Origin: an uncultured virus (IMG/VR IMGVR_UViG_3300022836_000006)
Taxonomy: Duplodnaviria > Heunggongvirae > Uroviricota > Caudoviricetes
Virus record (IMG/VR): IMGVR_UViG_3300022836_000006
Direction: 5' to 3' (one strand)
DNA: 20,000 nt
A program made the translations under genes and the position numbers. Below, in pieces: positions 16,525 to 20,000 of this stretch. The number at the start of each line of letters is the position of its first letter. Position 1 is the stretch's first letter. The notes beneath the pieces are model-generated. The model did not search any database and was not told where the DNA came from. It saw only the letters and a list, made by a program, of their open reading frames with translations.

Positions 16525-17441
16525 CCACCGAAATCACTATCGATCCTGAGGCAGAAGAAAAAGTTCTGGCACTACGAAATCAGCGTGATGCCTTCCGCGA
16601 AGCTAAGCCCAACTGCGACCGAGTCGTCTTCATCCCGGGTGGTGGCAGCATCCCACACTGTGGAGTCGCTGACATTAACGAGGTTGGCGGACTCAACATG
16701 TTCCACTTGGCTGAACTCCACCGGAACCCTGACCACCCCATGAATGAGGTAATCGACGGGGAGTGCTCGCAGGGATGTGGGACCAAGTTACGGATGTCCC
16801 GCTTCTGGATGCCTAAGACAGCTTGCGATGAGTGCCGGGCCAAGGCCATCGAGGATGCCATGAACGATGAATGCAGAAAGGAATGGGAGCGTGTATGCCC
16901 GAAGCAACTACGTGACACCGACTCCAACCACCCGGGCTTCCCTAAGCATATCTATCGCGAGAACATCGGCTACGATGGGAACAGCAGCCTCTTCCTGTTT
17001 GGCCCCACAGGGTCAGGGAAATCACGCTGTGGTTCCCTCCTGATGAAGCGGGCATTGATGAAGCGCAAGACGGTTAACTTTCTATGGCCGGAAGAGCTGA
17101 AGGCCTATGCCAAAAGCAACAACGAGCGCCTCAAGTTCATCCGCGAATACGGATCAACCAATGTGCTGCTCATGGATGATGCGCTGCTGACTGGCGCTCA
17201 GGACGAACGCATCGCTGACTTTTTGAAAGACCTCATCGACTTCATGCAGCGCCACGGAAACCAGATGATCATCACCAGCCAGATCGGTGGCGAAGATTAC
17301 GAAGAGCAGGCCAACAAATTCGGCAACATCACCAAGACCGACCGGGAGCGCATCGATGCCCTGATGCGCCGGATCCGTGAATCATTTAAGGTCATCCCCT
17401 TCGTCGCCTCATCTGCACCTGAAAACAAGGAGATGTTCTGA
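16521..17441 (+). CDS. DnaC/IstB-like AAA+ ATPase (helicase loader)
   Basis: Start ATG 16521; Cys cluster CSQGC...CDEC, Walker A LFLFGPTGSGKS, Walker B VLLMDD, IITSQ, RRIRE. Confidence 0.82.
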   Translation: MTTEITIDPEAEEKVLALRNQRDAFREAKPNCDRVVFIPGGGSIPHCGVADINEVGGLNMFHLAELHRNPDHPMNEVIDGECSQGCGTKLRMSRFWMPKTACDECRAKAIEDAMNDECRKEWERVCPKQLRDTDSNHPGFPKHIYRENIGYDGNSSLFLFGPTGSGKSRCGSLLMKRALMKRKTVNFLWPEELKAYAKSNNERLKFIREYGSTNVLLMDDALLTGAQDERIADFLKDLIDFMQRHGNQMIITSQIGGEDYEEQANKFGNITKTDRERIDALMRRIRESFKVIPFVASSAPENKEMF

Positions 17442-17767
17442 TGAGTAAATCCACCAAAAGCGTGAAGGTCAAAGCGGTGCCGGGTGAGATCCTGCGCTAC
17501 CAAGTCGAGAGCTGGGGCCGGGCCGATCTCCACCACATCGTTGACCTCATGGAGCAAGGCGGAAACGGGGAATGCGGTTGCACCGACTTCAGGATGCAAT
17601 GCACGACCAACTGGAAGGAGAACGGGGGCGCGTGGGTGCTCTACGGTTTCCCGGGTCACCCTGATCCTAAGCGCACCCAATGCAGGCACATCTACTGCGC
17701 CCGCATGAAGTTCACCAACGACACTCTCAAGCTCCTGTCCAAACAGCAGGCGCAACCCCAGTCATGA
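17441..17767 (+). CDS. SWIM-type zinc-finger protein
   Basis: YQVES.....HIVDL......ECGCTDF...CRHI pattern. Confidence 0.7.
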   Translation: MSKSTKSVKVKAVPGEILRYQVESWGRADLHHIVDLMEQGGNGECGCTDFRMQCTTNWKENGGAWVLYGFPGHPDPKRTQCRHIYCARMKFTNDTLKLLSKQQAQPQS

Positions 17768-18021
17768 GCAAAGGTGTCGGTCGGATCTGCTCATTCTACC
17801 CTGACCCCAACATGGTCAAGCAGTGCGTGGTGCAACCCGGCGCTCAGCGCCTCACCGGGGTCGTCACCGAATGCGTCAAGGCTCCTCCTCCTAAAGGATG
17901 GAAGCGCCCAGACTTTACTCTAACTGTGCGTGGCAAATCCGGTCGCACCGTCACCATCAGCCTCATCGAAAACTACGCCCAGTTCCACGCAACGTGGCCT
18001 GCATCATCCCAATCCAAATGA
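17764..18021 (+). CDS. hypothetical protein (85 aa)
   Basis: Start ATG 17764 (ATGA overlap with upstream stop); its stop overlaps next start. Confidence 0.6.
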   Translation: MSKGVGRICSFYPDPNMVKQCVVQPGAQRLTGVVTECVKAPPPKGWKRPDFTLTVRGKSGRTVTISLIENYAQFHATWPASSQSK

Positions 18022-18470
18022 CTACTCCGATCCAAACATTAACCAACGCCGAAATCATCGCAGAGATGTGCCGATTGTTGCGCCTCCTATCCAAGCGGGC
18101 CGACGCCGCCATGCCGGTCCATTCTCCCGATCGCTCCGCGAACAAATTGATCCTTATACAACAGGCGATTTGCGACGTGTTACGCACTCCGATCGCGGTC
18201 ATGTCATCCCGAGCCCGACCTGACAACTACGTCCAAGCACGGCACATCGCGATGTTCCTGAGCCGCGAGCTGACCGAATACTCCATGCAAGATATAGCCA
18301 AATCGTTTCGCCCGACAATGAACCACTCCACGATCACTCATGGCCACAGAGCGTGCCTCGATCGCATGATGCACGTCAAAGGATTTGAGTCGCTTGTCGA
18401 TGCCTGCAAACAACGGGCGCTGAAGCTAATCGACAACGCCGGCCTCCCCCTCTTCCAGCAATCGTTGTGA
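18018..18470 (+). CDS. DnaA C-terminal (domain IV) HTH protein
   Basis: Start ATG 18018; S..R....VQARHIAMFLSRELTEYSMQDIAKSF....NHSTITHG matches the DnaA domain IV consensus. Confidence 0.8.
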   Translation: MTTPIQTLTNAEIIAEMCRLLRLLSKRADAAMPVHSPDRSANKLILIQQAICDVLRTPIAVMSSRARPDNYVQARHIAMFLSRELTEYSMQDIAKSFRPTMNHSTITHGHRACLDRMMHVKGFESLVDACKQRALKLIDNAGLPLFQQSL

Positions 18471-18841
18471 AAAACATTAAATCCCTATTCCCAAATGCCT
18501 CCCCTTCCTTCCTCAAACTCAACGGTCTTCCGGATGACGTGCCAACACCGAGTCCCAAGCCTAAACGCGCTGTTCGCTCTAAACCATTGGGGGCGACTAA
18601 AGTTAAAAAAAGAGATTCAAGCTTCTATGTTGTCCGGATTAAAAGCTTCCGAGTCCGATTGCTCGACACAGACAACCTCATTCCGAAGTGGCATGTTGAT
18701 GCCCTCCGCTACGCTGGAATCATACCTGATGACTCGCCGGAGCTTGCCGACATCACGACGACACAAGAAAAAGTCGCCACCAAAGCCGAAGAGCGCACCG
18801 AAATCGAAATCACGCGACACCTAGAACGCCCGGCACTGTGA
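18467..18841 (+). CDS. rusA: RusA-like Holliday-junction resolvase, catalytic part
   Basis: RLLDTDNLIPK..VDAL..AGIIPDDS...Q.K.....ERTEIEI carries the RusA DxDN..K..D.L...DD motif; GTGA overlap with upstream gene. Confidence 0.75.
   Translation: MKNIKSLFPNASPSFLKLNGLPDDVPTPSPKPKRAVRSKPLGATKVKKRDSSFYVVRIKSFRVRLLDTDNLIPKWHVDALRYAGIIPDDSPELADITTTQEKVATKAEERTEIEITRHLERPAL
18495..18824 (+). CDS. nested +1-frame ORF encoding a RusA-N-terminus-like segment
   Basis: VFRMTCQHRVPSLNALFALNHWGRLKLKKEIQASMLSGL resembles the RusA-family strand-PSxN-helix N-terminus missing from the other frame. Confidence 0.55.
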   Translation: MPPLPSSNSTVFRMTCQHRVPSLNALFALNHWGRLKLKKEIQASMLSGLKASESDCSTQTTSFRSGMLMPSATLESYLMTRRSLPTSRRHKKKSPPKPKSAPKSKSRDT

Positions 18842-19035
18842 TCACATGCATCCCAAACGTCAGGCGGCTCTATTGCTCCTTTTTCGGTCATGCAAAGCAG
18901 CACGTAATCGACACCTACCCATCCCCAACCCAAGTTCCCGCCTATCCCCGGGCCGAAACCGTGAAGGTCTTGTGCCCTCGATGTCGGCTCATCTACATCA
19001 CCAAAGTGTTCACCCTCCATCCCCCATCAAAATAA
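18838..19035 (+). CDS. small Cys/His protein (C.FFGH...CxRC, DUF1660-like)
   Basis: 65 aa, GTGA overlap; RRLYCSFFGH...CPRC. Confidence 0.55.
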   Translation: MITCIPNVRRLYCSFFGHAKQHVIDTYPSPTQVPAYPRAETVKVLCPRCRLIYITKVFTLHPPSK

Positions 19036-19042
19036 GAACCAA

Positions 19043-19324
19043 ATGAACCCTAACCTAATAGACCTCCTACAGCGCGTCCAAACTGGCCACGCGACCTGTA
19101 TGTTTGCGGCGAAAGAGATCGAAGCCAATGAGGAAAAACTCCTCGGCCTAATTGAATCGGCTGCAAACCGGCTCGAAACGATACAGGAAACCGACACCAC
19201 TGGGCTACAACTGGCCGCCGACATTAAGCGCCTTCGCGCAGTGTTTCGGTCTGCGAACAACACTATGAGACACGGGCCTGACGCGCCCGAAAACAAAAGC
19301 GGCGAACCACCGTTGTCTCGATAA
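19043..19324 (+). CDS. hypothetical protein whose C-terminus is encoded by att-like site 1
   Basis: 93 aa; reads through AAC 19256-19258 in frame and stops inside the hairpin's right arm. Confidence 0.65.
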   Translation: MNPNLIDLLQRVQTGHATCMFAAKEIEANEEKLLGLIESAANRLETIQETDTTGLQLAADIKRLRAVFRSANNTMRHGPDAPENKSGEPPLSR

Positions 19325-19335
19325 TCTGGTTCAAC
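19252..19335. mobile_element. attC-like recombination site 1
   Basis: TGCGAAC-aacac-TAT GAGACA CGG...CCG [T] TGTCTC [G] ATA-atctg-GTTCAAC: AAC/GTT cores, 5-nt unpaired spacers, two extrahelical bases. Confidence 0.8.
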
Positions 19336-19344
19336 TTTTTTACT

Positions 19345-19713
19345 ATGAAACCGATACTCAAATACGATGGTGACCGCGCCGAATCAGCGGCGTGCCTTTT
19401 AACAGACCTCGACGAGTTCGATGGGGAGTCTGCCGACGCCCAACGCATGATCGAAGAAGCGATGGCCTGCGAGGTTCAGCGAGTGCTCAAACGGATAACC
19501 CGGCACACGGAAAACGAAGGCGTCTACGGATGGAGGGTAGTGTTCGATTACGATAACATCCATGACGGGGCGCGGATTCTTGACGGAGACGGCCACTCGA
19601 TGGCGGAGTGTTATGAGAAGGGCGAGCCGGACGATCAATTCGTGAGGGCGATAGACTCACTCATTCGCGGCCCGTTGAACAACGAGGTCAGACGCGACCC
19701 GTCGAAGGCTTAA
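19345..19713 (+). CDS. cassette-borne hypothetical protein
   Basis: 122 aa between sites 1 and 2; reads in frame through AAC 19678-19680 and stops in the loop of site 2. Confidence 0.7.
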   Translation: MKPILKYDGDRAESAACLLTDLDEFDGESADAQRMIEEAMACEVQRVLKRITRHTENEGVYGWRVVFDYDNIHDGARILDGDGHSMAECYEKGEPDDQFVRAIDSLIRGPLNNEVRRDPSKA

Positions 19714-19802
19714 AACCTCAACCAACCAATAAAAATGTCATACCAAAATAAAATGTCAGAAGCCGGACAGCGAGGGTCGTTGTCTGAAGTGGTTTGTTAT
19801 GC
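19674..19802. mobile_element. attC-like recombination site 2
   Basis: GTTGAAC-aacga-GGT CAGACG CGACCC...GGGTCG [T] TGTCTG [A] AGT-ggttt-GTTATGC; same spacing as site 1 with a compensatory G-C to C-G change. Confidence 0.8.
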
Positions 19803-20000
19803 TCAGATTGGCATCGACTGCTGCAATCAACCGATAATCCCAACGCGTGCCAAGCTGTCGATGCACACCAATCGGCACACCAGCACGTCAGGAAACTCGT
19901 GGGGATGGGTCGATGGTTGCTCGCTAAACATATGCTGGTCAAACGACGGCGAGAAATTCAACAGAAAAAAGGCCGCTGAACTGGTTGCTTTGCATAACAA
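19735..20000 (+). CDS. cassette-borne hypothetical protein (partial, not in ORF track; start 19735 or 19753)
   Basis: MSYQNKMSEAGQRGSLSEVVCYAQIGIDCCNQ...KKAAELVALHN, open to the window edge; starts inside the loop of site 2. Confidence 0.7.
   Translation, partial: MSYQNKMSEAGQRGSLSEVVCYAQIGIDCCNQPIIPTRAKLSMHTNRHTSTSGNSWGWVDGCSLNICWSNDGEKFNRKKAAELVALHN
19992..20000. mobile_element. left core of attC-like site 3 (truncated)
   Basis: GCATAAC-aa is the exact reverse complement of site 2's right core GTTATGC, followed by the same 'aa' as sites 1 and 2. Confidence 0.7.

Noticed and set aside
19101..19108. GTTTGCG as a partner core for site 1 (TGCGAAC)
   Set aside because: Only matches with two mismatches and has no hairpin arm upstream; the 93-aa gene is not supported as a complete cassette
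19252..20000. CRISPR array, or terminators, as the explanation of the repeated hairpins
   Set aside because: Units are structure-conserved rather than identical, separated by whole genes, and lack a consistent terminator U-tract directly after a GC stem

Overview
A fragment of a tailed dsDNA phage or prophage with a podovirus-type head module, in two divergent arms. The left arm (minus strand, ~10.3 kb to 1) holds a tRNA-Met with flanking structured non-coding sequence, a beta-helix (pectin-lyase-fold) protein, TerS, TerL, a T7/BPP-1-type portal, a Bbp19-like protein, scaffold and major capsid protein. The right arm (plus strand, 10.6-20 kb) holds early, recombination and replication genes: a Gp157-like coiled coil, RHH-like protein, SSB-like protein, PD-(D/E)XK exonuclease, initiator C-terminal domain, DnaC-like ATPase, SWIM protein, DnaA domain-IV protein and RusA-like resolvase. 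The strongest signal is at the right end (19252-20000): an integron-like cassette array. Two complete attC-like hairpins and the start of a third share the same geometry. Their 7-bp cores obey the cassette complementarity rule twice, they are inverted relative to the genes, and each gene reads in frame through the AAC core into the next site. No integrase is visible in the window. Also notable are a RusA apparently split over two overlapping frames, a cloverleaf-like RNA closed by a 22-bp stem just downstream of the tRNA, an initiator-like tRNA-Met lacking the 3 G-C pairs, and a repeated TTKACA-N19-TTAGTGG promoter-like motif. All protein calls come from motif recognition and synteny; no database searches were run.
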